Below are positions 35,201-48,835 of a stretch of 64,000 nt of DNA, one piece after another. The translations under genes were made by a program, and so were the position numbers. The notes below the pieces were generated by a model that worked only from the letters and a program-made list of their open reading frames with translations, was not told where the DNA came from and did no database searches. Within the stretch, counting starts at the first letter, position 1. The number at the start of each line of letters is the position of its first letter. The stretch is from Azolla caroliniana. Lineage: Eukaryota > Plantae > Polypodiophyta. The stretch covers positions 7,254,001 to 7,318,000 of the forward strand of contig JBHGNT010000022.1 of assembly GCA_043228905.1 (NCBI GenBank), read 5' to 3'.

Positions 35201-38200
35201 TGGGAGAAAACCACGGAGAACAGAGCTTCACTATATAGTGGATATACAAAGACGAGATTGGAGTACAACACTCTCTACACCGAGTGTATCAACCACGCAA
35301 GGCTCTTGGCGTATGGTGTTACAAAACACAACTATGGTGACGCTCGCTCTCTCTGATCACGTTCTCACACTTCTCTATCGCTCGCTACAACAAAGGATCA
35401 CACATTGTTCTCTCAACAATAACTACACGCTCTCTATTGTTTGCACTAGGTGTATTTATACTAATACATAGTATTGGCTATTTACAAATGTATCCCCTAC
35501 TATACATCACTACTATTATTATCTATAATAATAAGTAGTTATCAATCGACTCTAGCGTCGATTGTCCAGTCCGCCTCATAATCGACCATCTGGCCGGCCT
35601 GACTAGTCGGTTGTGTCTTTGACCTGGATCTCCTTTCTGTCGACTCACCCAGTCAACTCTTCAACCATCGGTGCTTGACCCGAACATTTGGCTCCTCCTA
35701 GTCTTCAACTGTCGACACTTCTCGGCCCGAACAGTCCGCTCCTCCCACTGGAGGGACATATTCCTAACAAAATACCCCTTCACTCTTCTGGGGATGAGTC
35801 TGTTATTCTTGTCCTCTATCGACAGGACTCTCAGTTTGTCCATCGTTAGGTTCTTTGTGAGCATGTTGGATCCATTGTCATAAGTATGGAACTTCATGAG
35901 GGTAAACTCTCCTTCTTCGACTTTCTCTCGCAACCAGTGATACCTTCTTTGTATGTGTTTGGTTCAGGAGTGGTATGCAACATTCTTGGTTAGATGTATG
36001 GGACTCTGGCTATCACAATGAAGCAAGAAATCCCTTTGCTTCATCCCCAACTCGCTGAGAAAGTTCCTCATCCAAATTAGCTCCTTGTCAGCCTCTACTG
36101 CTACCATGTACTCTACCTCTATGGTCGAGAAAGCCACAGACTTTTGTAGTCGTGACTGCCATGAGACTACTCCCCCTACATAGGTCATCACGTACCTTGA
36201 CGTGGATCGGCTTCAGTCTACATCCCCCGATCTGTCTGAGTCATTAAACCCTTCAGGCATGGGTTTCCCAACACCATACATACTTAAGACACACACCCGA
36301 GGTGCCTTTTAAGTACCTAGGTATTCATTTCACCGCTGCCTAGTGCTCTCGTCCTGGATTACTCATATATCGGCTTATTGTTCCCACAACAAATGCTATG
36401 TCTAGTCTCGTGCAGACAATAGCGTACATTAAATCGCCAATAGTTGAGGCATATGGTACTTTCCTCATCTCAGCCTTTTCTTTCTCCCCTCTCGGGCATT
36501 GCTTTGCATTTAACTTGCAGTTAGTTGGCAACATTGAGTTGACCGGCTTTGCTTCCGACATGTTGAATCTTTCTAGGATCTTCATCACGTATTTCTCATC
36601 TTTCATAGTTCTGTCCTGAACTATGTGCATCCCTAAGATCTATTTAGCCGATCCAAGATCTTTCATGGCAAACGATTTGCCTAGAGCTTTCTTCAAGCTT
36701 CAGATCTTCCTTGTATCTTGACCGCCTATCAACATGTCATCTACATATAACAAGAGAATCAAAAAGTCACCTTCGTCTTACTTTTTGATGAACACACAGT
36801 GATCAGCCTATGTTTTCTGGAACCCAAGTTCCACCATGAAGGATTTGAACTTCTTGTACCATTTGCGTGGAGTTTGTTTCAACCCATACAAGCTTTTCTT
36901 TAGTCGACACACCAGATTCTCTTTCCCTTTCTCCACAAAGCCTTCGGTCTCCTGCATGTAAATTTGTTCATCCAGCTTGTTAGCCGAACTGGATGGGTGT
37001 TGGATAAGTGTGGAAACATCGGAGCCGACAAGGTTCGGAAAGTACGGAGTCGGAGTCGGATCGATGAGTCAACAATTTTGCCGACTAAATAAAACATATG
37101 AATATTAATTAGGGTTAGTTAGAGTTTTGTTAGTTCTTGCCGATAAGGAAAATTGTAATTCTTGATAGAACGACCTATCGGGTTAACTATAAAAAGGAAC
37201 CCACGGCAATGTAACACTATCGTCTGTTTTAGTTAATATAGTTTTTAGATATAGGATTTATGCACACTTGTGTTAATATTTATATAGATCTATATGTTGT
37301 TCTACTATAATTGTACTAACTAACAAAATATGGTATCGTAGGATATCATTAACATAGTTTAATCCATTCGTACTCTACAATTCTTTTATAGAACGTTCGA
37401 CTCTACTGATTGTCGGGAACAGACTAGGCTCTCGACCGAACAATACAGTAATTTTGGCACGCCCGGTTACATCTGCATTTAGTAGAGAACAATCAAATGG
37501 ATGTCGTTTGGTCCGGATACACTAGTCGGTCGTAAACGTCTTCATACACGATCAGTTACGAAGAGTGTCGAAGAGGATTTTGCTGTTGTTGATTAGCAAC
37601 AAACAAGTCGGAGGTGATCTTCAATTCCCGACTTAACTGATAGTCAATCAGACGGAAATCAGTCTGAAGAGGGATCATTTTATGATATCTAGAGTGAAGA
37701 CAATATGCCTTACCCTTACTCAAAATATCGAGATGGCAGTGATGTAGAAGCTCATATTAGGGATTTTTTGACAACATGGGAAATAAACCATGGAGCTCAG
37801 CGACCGTTGGTGACAGCCGAGGATAAGTCTAAAATTGCTGAGTTTGTTTTGTCATTAGATGGCCAGTCGGAAAATTGGTTTGCTCAGAATGGTTTCCGAG
37901 CGTTCGAAACATTCGAACAATTAACCAACAAATTTATTCAGTTATTTCATCGACAGATTCCTCAAAAGGATCTAATAGCCCAATTTTATGCATCGTATCA
38001 AGAACCGCATGAAACGGTGTCACAGTTCGTCATTCGATTTCAAAATCTATAGCTCCAAATTTCCAGTTCAATTCCAGATCAGGAATTAAAGGATATCTTT
38101 TTGGAGGCAATCCATGAACCACTACGAACAACATTAGCAGTGTTCGATTTTAGCATCAGTCAATTGATCAAGTGATTGATAAGGCAATTGTTATGGATCG

Positions 38201-41200
38201 GAATCACAAAAATAAAAGAAGTATGGATATGTCGGCGTTACACCATAATCTGCCGACTTTAGAGGAGTTACAGTTTCGACAAGTAGTGCAATGTACCACT
38301 TGTCTCAACACTGGGCATTCAACAATCTGTCACTCCAAAGCTCACTCCGTAGAGCAATGTCAATATAATTTGCTTAACAAAGCAACAACGTTTGTACGAC
38401 AAATTCATCTGGAGAATAGTTACCAAGACAACTGTAACAGGTTGAACAATACGTATCAGGAGGATGATCGGTATGATAATCGAAATTATTCGGGCAGGCG
38501 ACCGAATAATGATTGGAATGATTACAGGCGGAACGATAGTTATGATTCGACTCGTGATGAAGATCGACAGCATGATTATCGAAGAGATGATCACCATAAT
38601 CGGGATCAAGATTTCTCACCACCTCGGGATAATGGTCGTCAACAATATAAACATGGTCGTTATCAAAATAAACAAATTTGACCATCCAACAAAAAATTTC
38701 ATAAGCCAAAAGCGTCTAAGCAATTTCAGCATGATTCTCAGAGACAAAACCCAAATTTCAACGATGCTAGACGTCCACAATTTGAACAGGGTGAAGCTAG
38801 TGGTTCATCAATCCCAAATTGCTATATTTGCAAGAAAGATGGGCATTATGCAAATCAATGTCCGACTAAAGACAAGGGAAAAACACTTGTTGTTAATATG
38901 ATGGTTCCAGAAATTCAGTAGGTAGTTAACTACCAGAAGTAAAGGTAAGCAATCAAAATGGGAAATCTAGGAAGCTGTTAGGAAAGCAACCAAGGAATGG
39001 GTTGAAGAAGCGAATAAAAATAATGCGTCCAGAATGCTACAGGATAATGAGATAAACCAAGTAAATGAGCTACCCGGATCAGTACTAGTACAAGAACAAG
39101 AAGAAGCTTGGAAAATCTTAGTAGATTGTCAAGTTTCATTACCCTTAATCGGCTTATTGAAATTAGTTCCACAGTTCACGAAGAAAGTGGCCACTTTGAT
39201 TGCATAGAAAGGGGTAGAACAAGTATCGGTTAATTATAATCAACCGAACAATAGTCTGACAATTATGGATGAGAAAAATCCATCAATAAAAGTAATGAAT
39301 TATGGACAAGAAAAAGACGAGACTATTGTAGATGGCGGATCAGGAGTAAATGTCATCAATAAAACTACCTGTGATAAGCTTGGTATCACTAAATGGGAGG
39401 CATGTCCATTCTGGTTATGAATGGCTGATACCAATACGGTACGACCACTCAGTTTAATCAAACAGCTAGATGTCATTTTAAGGGGACATACTTTTCAAAT
39501 ATCAATAGTAGTGCTTCATTTGGAGGCTCCTGGAGCATATCCCTTGTTATTAGGCCGACCATGGTTAAAGACTAAAAATATTAAGCAGAACTGGAATAAG
39601 AATTTATTAACATTCCAGAAAGGAAAGAATAAAATTCGGGTGTCCACTCAACATAAGGTCAGTACAAGTCGGCAATGTCTGTTAGTTCATGCAGAGGCAG
39701 TCAATATGATGGAGGGATTGGATGAAGCTGAGGAGAATAATTATTTCAATGACAACCCCAAAATCATTCCCTTGTTCGAGGTTGACATTTTGCAAGCTCT
39801 TACATCATATGTCGACACACAGGGTGACATACCAATAGATGATCAAACGGTGAAAGAGATTCTCCTTCAGCAAGAAGCCACAAAAAAAGAAATGAAGGTA
39901 TCGCATAGAGTTCAAGCTTCGGCATTGGAAGAAATCAATTTAGCCGGTGAAGGCATAGCACTTGAACCAAAAACAATATTGATCGCCAAGGAAATGTTGT
40001 GATATGACAAACAACGACTCATCGGCTTACTCAAATGGTATAAAGATGTATTCGCTTGGTGTGCAGTTTCCTAAACGGCATTAGTGGATATAATCAAGTA
40101 AGAATGCACTCGGATGATGAAGAAAAAACCACCTTTTTCACTAAATGGGGAGTATTTGTGGCCTCGTAATGATGTTTGGTTAAAAAACGGCCCCAGGCAC
40201 ATTTCAAAGAGTAATACAATAATTTTTTGGTGATTACATTCCTGCGTTTATGCAAGTTTTCTTAGACGATTTTGCCGTCTACAGTCGGAAGTCGAAGCAC
40301 TTTGAACATTTACGATTATGTTTCGAATGATGTCGGAAAGGTAGGCTTAGCTTAAATCCGGCTAAATGTACGTTTGGAGTCACAAGTGGAAAATTATTAG
40401 GGCACATCATCAGTCAAGAAAGAATTGCAGTTGACCCGGATAAAGTCCAAGCAATAATGGATGCACCGGCACCAACCAATGCAAAAAGCCTTAGTCGATT
40501 TTTAGGACAAATAAGATGGCACAGCCGGATGATGAGATACCTTGCTAATGTTGCAATACCATTGCATACAACAGTACATAAAACACCTTTTCAATGGACG
40601 ACTGTCAAACAAGATGCATATGATTTTCTGAAGAAAATGCTTTCTAAAGTCCCAGTAGTGCAACCTCTTAATTGGAACAAGCCTTTTCACGTGTTCGTCG
40701 ATGCATCGGATGTAGCAATTGGAAGCTCACTAATGCAATTTTCCGAACCAAATTGGTATCAACCAATATATTACGCAAGTCGGAAACTTTCCACAACGGA
40801 AAGGAATTATTCGACAACCGAAACAGAAGCTTTAGGAATGGTGTACAGTATTAATAAATTCCGACATTACCTTTTACAGAGGAAATTCACCTTTCATGTC
40901 GACCATTCCGCTTTACTCTATTTAGTGTTTAAACAAGAACTTACAGGCAAATTAGCAAGATGGACGTTATTGCTCCAAGAGTTCAAATTTGACATTCTTC
41001 ATCGACCAGGAGTACAACATGTCGTCGCGGATTACCTTAGCCGGTTGGAATCAGGAGAAGAAGGAACAAGTGTAAATGATGATTTTCTAGATGGCCAACT
41101 CTTCAGAGTTGACATAGTTGATGCATGGATTACAGAGATGACAATTTTTCTCACAACGTGATTACCACCTGAACATATGTCAATTGATGAAAGGAAACGA

Positions 41201-41397
41201 CTTGCTGAACTCGAAGTTGAAATATTTGTCTCTTAAACTACTTGCTGAACTCGGAGTCAAAATATTTGTCTCTTAAACGACTCGCTGAACTCGGAGTCGA
41301 AATATTTGTCTCTTAAACAACTCGCTGAACTCAGAGTCGAAATATTTGTCTCTTAAACGGCTCACTGAACTCGGCGTCGAAATATTTGTCTCTTAAA
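41201..41397 (+). repeat. 5 x 40-bp tandem repeat inside H pol
   Basis: CT(T/C)GCTGAACTCGGAGTCGAAATATTTGTCTCTTAAACGA at 41201, 41241, 41281, 41321 and 41361. Confidence 0.95.
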
Positions 41398-41612
41398 GGG
41401 GCTAATGGTATTTGGCGACGTACAATTCGCTGTTCGAGAATGACACAATTTTTCGGGAAACTCGTTGCGTTGTCGCTGGTGGAAATTATGCAAGAGAAGC
41501 AACGGCCAGGAAAATTTGGAATAGTGGGTTATGGCGGCCGACAACAACGAAAGATGCAGTCGAATACTGTCGACAATGCGATTTATGTCAAAGAGTTGGA
41601 CAACCAACAGAA

Positions 41613-42301
41613 TGACGGGAACTGGATGTTCCTTATGCGCACCACTCGGCCACAACCGAGCTTAGAATCATACACAGAAAACGGGAAACAAATGCACAAC
41701 ACAAAGGAGAGAAAAGGTAGACAGGATGTTTACGTGGGAAACCTCAAACTAGGGAGAAAAACCACGGCAGCGCACAGGCTGCAAACTATCACTATGTTGG
41801 AATGTAAAACACAGTGAGTTCACGAAGGCAACGGCCTCGTGCTCACGATCTTCGCCACAGGCGGCGGTTACAACAGAGGTAGCGACCTCTTTCTCTCTCT
41901 CTCTCTCTATACACTATTACACACACTAATCTCGTGCAAAACAGAAATGACAACAACAACTAAAAGTTTGCCCTAAGTCATATTTATACTAATATGACTT
42001 TTTCGGCTATTTACAAATATAGCCTCGATGGACTCTCAGAAACATATTTACGAATATGTCTCTTCATCCGGTTCATACTGGGTCTGCACCATCCGGCTCT
42101 CCATAGCCAGGTACTCCTCATCCGGTTCTCACCGGGTCTGCGTCATCCGGCTCTCCGTAGCCGGGTACTCCTCATCCGGTTCTCACCGGGTCTGCACCAT
42201 CCGGCTCTCCGTAGCCAGGTACTCCTCATCCGGTTTCGGCCGAGTTTGTTCATCGGCACTGATCTTCTCTCTTCCCATCCGGAGGGACCTATCTCCCAAC
42301 A
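41613..42301 (-). mobile_element. Copia solo LTR J (family of L)
   Basis: TSD CAGAA. It is the reverse complement of LTR 59202-59995 with fewer internal repeats. Confidence 0.92.
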
Positions 42302-43474
42302 CAGAAAAGGATAGAATGCATTTTCAACCAGTATTACCCTTAGAACCATTTCAGTAATGGGGGCTGGATTTTGTCAATCCATTTAAACTGGCAACTGTAC
42401 GAACGGGGAATCGTTACATCATAGTCGCTATGGACTATTGCACAAAATGGGTGGAGGCTAAACCTTTGAGAAATAACACGGTAACATCAACAACTAAATT
42501 CTTATATGAAAATATCGGGTGTCGATTCGGGTGTCCTATCGAATTAGTCAGTGAACAAGGTTTTCATTTCATTAATAAAATTATACATGAATTATCAACA
42601 TATTATGCCCTAGTACACAAGAAAAGTACTCCTTACTACCCACAAGCTAATGGACTAGTGAAATAAAACACTGGAAATGATTCTTAAGAAAATAGTAAAT
42701 GAGAATAGAACTGATTGGGATCGGAAGCTAAATAGTGCTCTATGGGCCTATCGTACATTGTATAAAATGGCTATTAAATCCACTCCATTTAGGATGGCAT
42801 TTGGGTTAGAAGCAATAATTCCGATAGAATTTCAAGTTCTAACACTTCGGGTACAAGTTACCGAAAGATTAGACGAAGTAAAATCGGAACAATTTTGGAA
42901 ACAACAATTATTGTTGTTAGAGGAGAGTCGAATTCAAGCAATGTCGGCACTGGAGCAAAAACAACAACAAACAAAGGCATTCGTAGACTGACATAGACGG
43001 CAAAAAGAAAACCAATACGCAATCGGAAAATTAGTTTTAGTTTTCTAGACTAAAATGGGGTCTATGCCCAAGAAACTTCGATTTTGGTGGACGGGGCCAT
43101 TCTGGGTTGTCGATAGCAAAAATGGCACGTATCAAGTAGGCACACTATCAAGAGAAATTTTACCCACTTGGGTAAATGGTTTTCGACTCAAACCCTATCA
43201 GGGTTCGATGCTGGAAAATCCCTTTAAGGTTGTAAAAGAAACCAACATGACGTGACGTGGCATACCTTACACATGTGAATAGACAACAACAAAAAAATAA
43301 AAATCTTGGCAAAAAGATAACAGAACTCACTGTCATGATAGACACTTCTTGACATGTGCATTTAAGACTATAAGTTAAGATGTCACAAATCATGCAACTA
43401 TTATGAGTGGTGGAGCTATTATTGCTATTTGGGGACTAGTACTATCATTAATAGTATATTCCTTTTCCCTAGAC

Positions 43475-46400
43475 TGTTGGAAGCAATGTCGTCAGTGCGG
43501 AAGATCTTGAAGCACTCGATTCCTGTTTATTCCCTGTGTATGACAGAATGTAGGTCGTTGCACAGAGAGAGAGAGAGAGAGACACAAAAGACTCTTTATT
43601 TCACAAAGCAATCATACAACAACCAACCTCACAAAGAGGTTACAAGGTCACTATATATAGTGACCGACTTAGGGCAACTACCCTTTATGCTAATTACATA
43701 AATGGCCAAAACGGGATGGTGTGAATACGTCCATTATACACATGTATTCGACACTCCCCCGTAATGGGCGTATACATGGGTTATCTAAGATTACAGGTAT
43801 AGACTTAGGTTCTCGGACATATCAGCTTTGTTCGAGTCGGCAGGATCCGAAGACAGAAGACCGAACTGGTCGGGTCGGAACAGTTGAAGCCGATCATTAA
43901 GGAGCTGATGTCGGTTGTCGGGAACCATCCTGCTCTGTGTCCGGCTCTAACCGGACTGGTTTGTCGTTACGCCCATCTGATGCCGAAGAGACCGAAAACG
44001 GTCTGCCGAGAGACATTTGGTCATTCCATCTGCGACATTATTGGTTGTGGATATTTTCTCTAGACCGATTTTCCCTGAAATGACGCAGTCCCGAACAAAG
44101 TGATATCGAACGTCGATATGTTTGGAGGCGTTGTGGTGAACCGGATTTTTCGACAAGGCAACAGCACCTTGACTGTCGCTGTAGACAACTGGAGCCGAGT
44201 CATGTTCGACTTGTCGAAACGTGTGCGCCAGCCGACCGAGCCACAAAGCTTCTTTTGCTGCGTCGGACGCAGCTACATATTCTGCTTCGGTCGTTGAGGT
44301 CGCTGTGCACTCCTGAAGTTTCGACTTCCACGAGATTGCTCCATTGCCGAATTTGAAGCAGTATCCGGTTGTTGATTTCCGACTGTCTATACAGCCGGCG
44401 AAGTCCGAGTCGGTGTAACCGACTACGCCTGAGGTTCGGTTCGGTCCGAAAAGAATGCCATGGTCTTTTGTGCCAGCCAGATATCTGAACACATGCTTGA
44501 CTGCGTTCCAATGCGATCGGCCAGGATTGTGCATAAATCTGCTAACGACTCCTACGGCATGAGAGATGTCAGGCCGTGTCGCGACCATCAGGTACATAAG
44601 GGAGCCGACTGCCGGTGCATACGGTACCGACTTCATATCTTCCCCCTCCGAACCGGATGTCGGGCAGTCTCGCTGAGAGAGCCGAAGATTCATAGGGAGT
44701 GGGGTTGAAGCAGATTTGGCTGATTGCATGTTGAAGCGTTCCAAGACACGTCCGATATAGTCGGTCTGAGACAAAAAAAGATGTCGTTTATTGCGATGCC
44801 GACTAATCTTCATGCCAAGGATGTGTCGTGCCGGACCGAGGTCCTTCATGGCAAACTTCAACCGCAGTTGCCGAACGAGATCGGCAAGTTCGCCCGCGTG
44901 GCGTCCAGAAATTAGCATGTCGTCCACGTAAATGATGAGGAAGATGGGTGATCCATCTCGAGCTGTGTTGGTGAAGAGACAATGGTCCTCATCGCTTTTG
45001 GAGAAGCCGATTGATTGGATGAAGTCGTCGAACTTCTTGTACCATTGTCGCGGTGCCTGTTTGAGGCCGTATAGACTCTTCCTGAGTCGGCAGACTAGAT
45101 GTTCTTGGCCAGTTGCCACGAAGCCTTTTGGCTGCTCCATATAAATTTCCTCCTCGAGATCACCATGGAGGAAGGCTGTTTTGACATCTAGCTGAATCAG
45201 CTCCAAGTTGTCGGCTGCCACGACGCCGAGCAGAAGACGAAGGGTTGTCATTTTCACCACTGGTGAAAAAATCTCGTCGAAGTCGACGCCATATTCTTGT
45301 CGGAAGCCCTTCGCAACTAATCTGGCCTTGTACTTTGGGGTGGTCGAATCAGACGTCTCTTTTAGTCGATAAACCCACTTGCAAGGAAGAGCACGTCGGT
45401 TCCTAGGTAATTCGACCAGATCCCAAGTCTTGTTTGCCCGGATGGAGTGCATTTCCGACTCCATCGCCAGATGCCAGGTGGCCGAATCGACAGATGTCGA
45501 TGCTTCTTCGTAAGACGTCGGTTCGCCGGCGTCGGTGAAGAAAATTCCAGGAGAATACCTCTCCGGAGGTTGCGACAGTCTCTCGGATCGTCGAGGTATG
45601 ATTGGACTGGTCGCATCGGGTATCGAGGTCGGATGGTCCGAAACCGAATCATTCGGCTGTGCCGAGTCAGAGTTGTCCGAGTCGGTAGTATAAGGTTCAG
45701 CTACCCGTGAAGCTGACCGTGTGTTGAGAGCGGGGCCTTCTTGAAGGGTCGGCACATCGGAGAATGTTACCCTTCGGACTTCGATCGGTTTTTCGACTGA
45801 TGGATTCATAGCCGACTCGTTGAACACAACGTCCGAACTTCGAACGATTTGTCTGCGTTCGGGGTCCCAGAGTCGGTATCCCATTTCGCCGTCTGATCCA
45901 TATCCAAGGAAAATGCATTTCCTGGACCGAGGTGCAAGTTTTCGGCGATCATCTTTCGGAATGAGGGCGTACGCCTCGCATCCGAAGATCCTCAGCTTGT
46001 CGTAATTCGGCTTACTGCCGATCCATAGTTCCTGAGGAATTTGAAGTCCTAGAGGTCTACTTGGCGACATATTGATTATGTGTACTGCCGTGAGTAGAGC
46101 CTCTGCCCAGAAGCCATCCGATAGTCCGGAGTGTTGGAGCATGGAAACTATCCTTTCTTGGATTGTCCGATTCATTCGTTCGGCAATCCCGTTTTGCTCC
46201 GGACTGTGTGGTGCCGTAAATTCACGTCGGATGCCGCGTTGTCGGCAGAATTTGACGAATTCATCGGATTTGAACTCTCCCCCATTGTCTGTCCGAAGGC
46301 ATTTCAGCTTTCGGTCGGTTTGATTTTCTACCATAGCGAGCCAATCGGTGAAGATCGAGAAGACACGATCTTTGGTGCGAATTGGATAAGCCCACACCTT

Positions 46401-48830
46401 TCGAGTCGAATCGTCAATAAAACTGACGAAGTAAGAGGCACCGCCTAGAGACTGATGCGGCATTGGGCCACAGACGTCCGAATGGACTAAATCGAGAGGT
46501 CTCGTTTCTCTTGGTGCTGATGTCGGGTGTGATGCGGCTACTTGTTTGCCATACTGGCAATGCTCGCAGAATTGATGGTCCGAGAAGGAGAGTTTGGGGA
46601 TGTATCCGGCGCTAGATAGGTGCGTGATGCCGGCCTTGCTGAGGTGTCCTAATCTTCGGTGCCATAATGATGACACAGGAATATCCACCAAAAACAGGTT
46701 ACCCTCTCTGAGCGTAACATGTAACGGATACAGTGAGTGTATCTTGGGTCCTCTAGCAAGCAGGAGGTTCCCCCTGTGGAGTGTCCACCCTCCCGAAGAA
46801 AAACCGGCACGAATGCCGTCTTCATCTAGTTGTCCGACTGAGATCAATGGCCTTGTGAGCTCGGGTACATGTCGGACATTGTGGAGTACAAGTGTAGAGC
46901 CCCTTGCAAGGTTGAGCTCTACTGTGCCGATTCCGACGATGTCACAGTGTTGTGAGTTGCCGACTCGAACTGAGTCGGAGTGACGGATCGTATATTGCCG
47001 AAATTGGGATCGATGAGGAGTCACGTGAAATGACGCGCCCGAATCCAAGAGCCATGTGCTCGATTCTTCAGTCGTGAGTAGAACTTCTGATCCGACTGGA
47101 TTTTCTATTGATAGTATATTCGGGTCGTCCGGTAGTACATCAGCTGAGAAGCTGACGTAATTGATCTCCTCATGCCGGCCACTCTTCTTGTTGTTCTTGT
47201 TCTTGAGTGCGCGGCAGTCGGCTTTGATGTGTCCGGGTTTCTTGCAATAGTTGCAGATTCGGTTATCCCGTGACTGGCTCCGTCTTCGCTGATTGTTCGG
47301 CGGCCGTGAGGAATCTCGTCCTCGTATGTTCGATCGGTCTGTCGAACCTTGTACTACGTAGGCGTCGTCTGTTGAGTCTTTGGCGAAAGACTTTCTCCGA
47401 GCTGCTTCGGTCAGGATTGCGCTCGTGACTTCGGAGTATTTAACAGCCGTGGTTGACGCGTTGCACACGGTTGTGACGAAAGTTTCCCATGATGGGGGAA
47501 GGCTGCTCATGAGTATCATTGCTCTGAGTTCATCCTCGATTGCCGTCCCCTGTGACGAGATTTGGGAGCTTATGCTTTCGTACTCATTGAGGTGTGCTTG
47601 GACCGAGTCGGATTCTTTCATCCGCAAGTTGTAGAGGCGCCGGATCAGAAACATCTTCGTTGCGGCGACCTTCTTTTCGTAAGTGTCCGACAGTGTTTTC
47701 CACAGTTCGAATGCTGTCGTACACGATTGCACCGTGAAGTATACCGATTCCGATAGGTGCATCCGAATCGTGGCGCGGACGATTCTGTCCAGCTTCTGCC
47801 ACTCAATTGGTTTGTATCCTTCTGGAGGTTCTTCATTTTCGATGGGATCGATTTGCCCCTTGACTATGAGATAGTCCTGCATTTGCTCCTTCCAGAAGTT
47901 AAAGTTCGATCCATCGAACTTTCGTAGACTCATTTCTGACGAGCCGGATGTTGATGCCATCAAATTTGGTTTCGGTTGACGAAGCTCGGTTCGGAGTTGA
48001 CTACGAATCTTGTTGGAGTGCAGCCTGTTGGCTCACCCGATATCGTTCTAGTCGGATTTGAACCCGAGTCGGTTCGGCTTCGGATATATGTATTGTTGAA
48101 CTTGCTCGAATTGACTACGGTAACCTGAGGGACAGAACCGACTGGTCTTCCCGAATGTCGCCGAGTCGGAGTGAGCCCGGTTCGCTTCGGATATATATGC
48201 CGAATACCGATTATTGAAACCGATTATCTGGACCGATTCGGCTTCGGGTGACTGCAGCGACGAGAGAGACGGATCCGACTGATCCTCCCGAATGTCGATC
48301 AGCCAGATGAAGCACGAATTTGGGTTGTTGTCAAAGTTGCACAAGGGGATTTCACCTCGAGCGGTTACGATCACAAGGGACAGAGTACAACCTGCTGGCT
48401 TACTCCAAGCAAGGGGATCTAACGCGATGAGGTGCAAACCTCGTTTTTGTTCTTCTTCTCTCTTTCTTCGAATGACGCAGGAAACCGAATGCAGAGACGA
48501 CGGCCGACAGCGGATTGAAGGACCGACTACTGTGCAGGCTCTGATACCAGATGTTGGAAGCAATGTCGTCAGTGCGGAAGATCTTGAAGCACTCGATTCC
48601 TGTTTATTCCCTGTGTATGACAGAATGTAGGTCGTTGCACAGAGAGAGAGAGAGAGAGACACAAAAGACTCTTTATTTCACAAAGCAATCATACAACAAC
48701 CAACCTCACAAAGAGGTTACAAGGTCACTATATATAGTGACCGACTTAGGGCAACTACCCTTTATGCTAATTACATAAATGGCCAAAACGGGATGGTGTG
48801 AATACGTCCATTATACACATGTATTCGACA
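43475..48830 (-). mobile_element. Element I: intact, very young Ty1/copia
   Basis: 279-bp LTRs 43475-43753 and 48552-48830 with no differences seen. TSD TAGAC, iMet PBS 48538-48549, PPT 43754-43763. Confidence 0.97.
43947..47963 (-). CDS. Copia Gag-Pol polyprotein, 1338 aa
   Basis: CCHC knuckle, DSGAS protease, HHCC/DDE integrase, YVDD RT and RNase H (DSD..EAEY..DSQ..ADGMTK) in a single open frame. Confidence 0.97.
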   Translation of the reverse strand: MMASTSGSSEMSLRKFDGSNFNFWKEQMQDYLIVKGQIDPIENEEPPEGYKPIEWQKLDRIVRATIRMHLSESVYFTVQSCTTAFELWKTLSDTYEKKVAATKMFLIRRLYNLRMKESDSVQAHLNEYESISSQISSQGTAIEDELRAMILMSSLPPSWETFVTTVCNASTTAVKYSEVTSAILTEAARRKSFAKDSTDDAYVVQGSTDRSNIRGRDSSRPPNNQRRRSQSRDNRICNYCKKPGHIKADCRALKNKNNKKSGRHEEINYVSFSADVLPDDPNILSIENPVGSEVLLTTEESSTWLLDSGASFHVTPHRSQFRQYTIRHSDSVRVGNSQHCDIVGIGTVELNLARGSTLVLHNVRHVPELTRPLISVGQLDEDGIRAGFSSGGWTLHRGNLLLARGPKIHSLYPLHVTLREGNLFLVDIPVSSLWHRRLGHLSKAGITHLSSAGYIPKLSFSDHQFCEHCQYGKQVAASHPTSAPRETRPLDLVHSDVCGPMPHQSLGGASYFVSFIDDSTRKVWAYPIRTKDRVFSIFTDWLAMVENQTDRKLKCLRTDNGGEFKSDEFVKFCRQRGIRREFTAPHSPEQNGIAERMNRTIQERIVSMLQHSGLSDGFWAEALLTAVHIINMSPSRPLGLQIPQELWIGSKPNYDKLRIFGCEAYALIPKDDRRKLAPRSRKCIFLGYGSDGEMGYRLWDPERRQIVRSSDVVFNESAMNPSVEKPIEVRRVTFSDVPTLQEGPALNTRSASRVAEPYTTDSDNSDSAQPNDSVSDHPTSIPDATSPIIPRRSERLSQPPERYSPGIFFTDAGEPTSYEEASTSVDSATWHLAMESEMHSIRANKTWDLVELPRNRRALPCKWVYRLKETSDSTTPKYKARLVAKGFRQEYGVDFDEIFSPVVKMTTLRLLLGVVAADNLELIQLDVKTAFLHGDLEEEIYMEQPKGFVATGQEHLVCRLRKSLYGLKQAPRQWYKKFDDFIQSIGFSKSDEDHCLFTNTARDGSPIFLIIYVDDMLISGRHAGELADLVRQLRLKFAMKDLGPARHILGMKISRHRNKRHLFLSQTDYIGRVLERFNMQSAKSASTPLPMNLRLSQRDCPTSGSEGEDMKSVPYAPAVGSLMYLMVATRPDISHAVGVVSRFMHNPGRSHWNAVKHVFRYLAGTKDHGILFGPNRTSGVVGYTDSDFAGCIDSRKSTTGYCFKFGNGAISWKSKLQECTATSTTEAEYVAASDAAKEALWLGRLAHTFRQVEHDSAPVVYSDSQGAVALSKNPVHHNASKHIDVRYHFVRDCVISGKIGLEKISTTNNVADGMTKCLSADRFRSLRHQMGVTTNQSG

Positions 48831-48835
48831 TAGAC

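Noticed and set aside
41201-41397. CRISPR-like regular repeats
   Set aside because: The units are head-to-tail with no unique spacers, there are no cas genes, and the context is eukaryotic pol.
44100-47874. Many short antisense or alternate-frame ORFs
   Set aside because: They are shadows of the Gag-Pol frame.
48048-48662. 204-aa ORF upstream of Gag-Pol
   Set aside because: It spans the LTR, PBS and leader, has no motifs, and is likely incidental.
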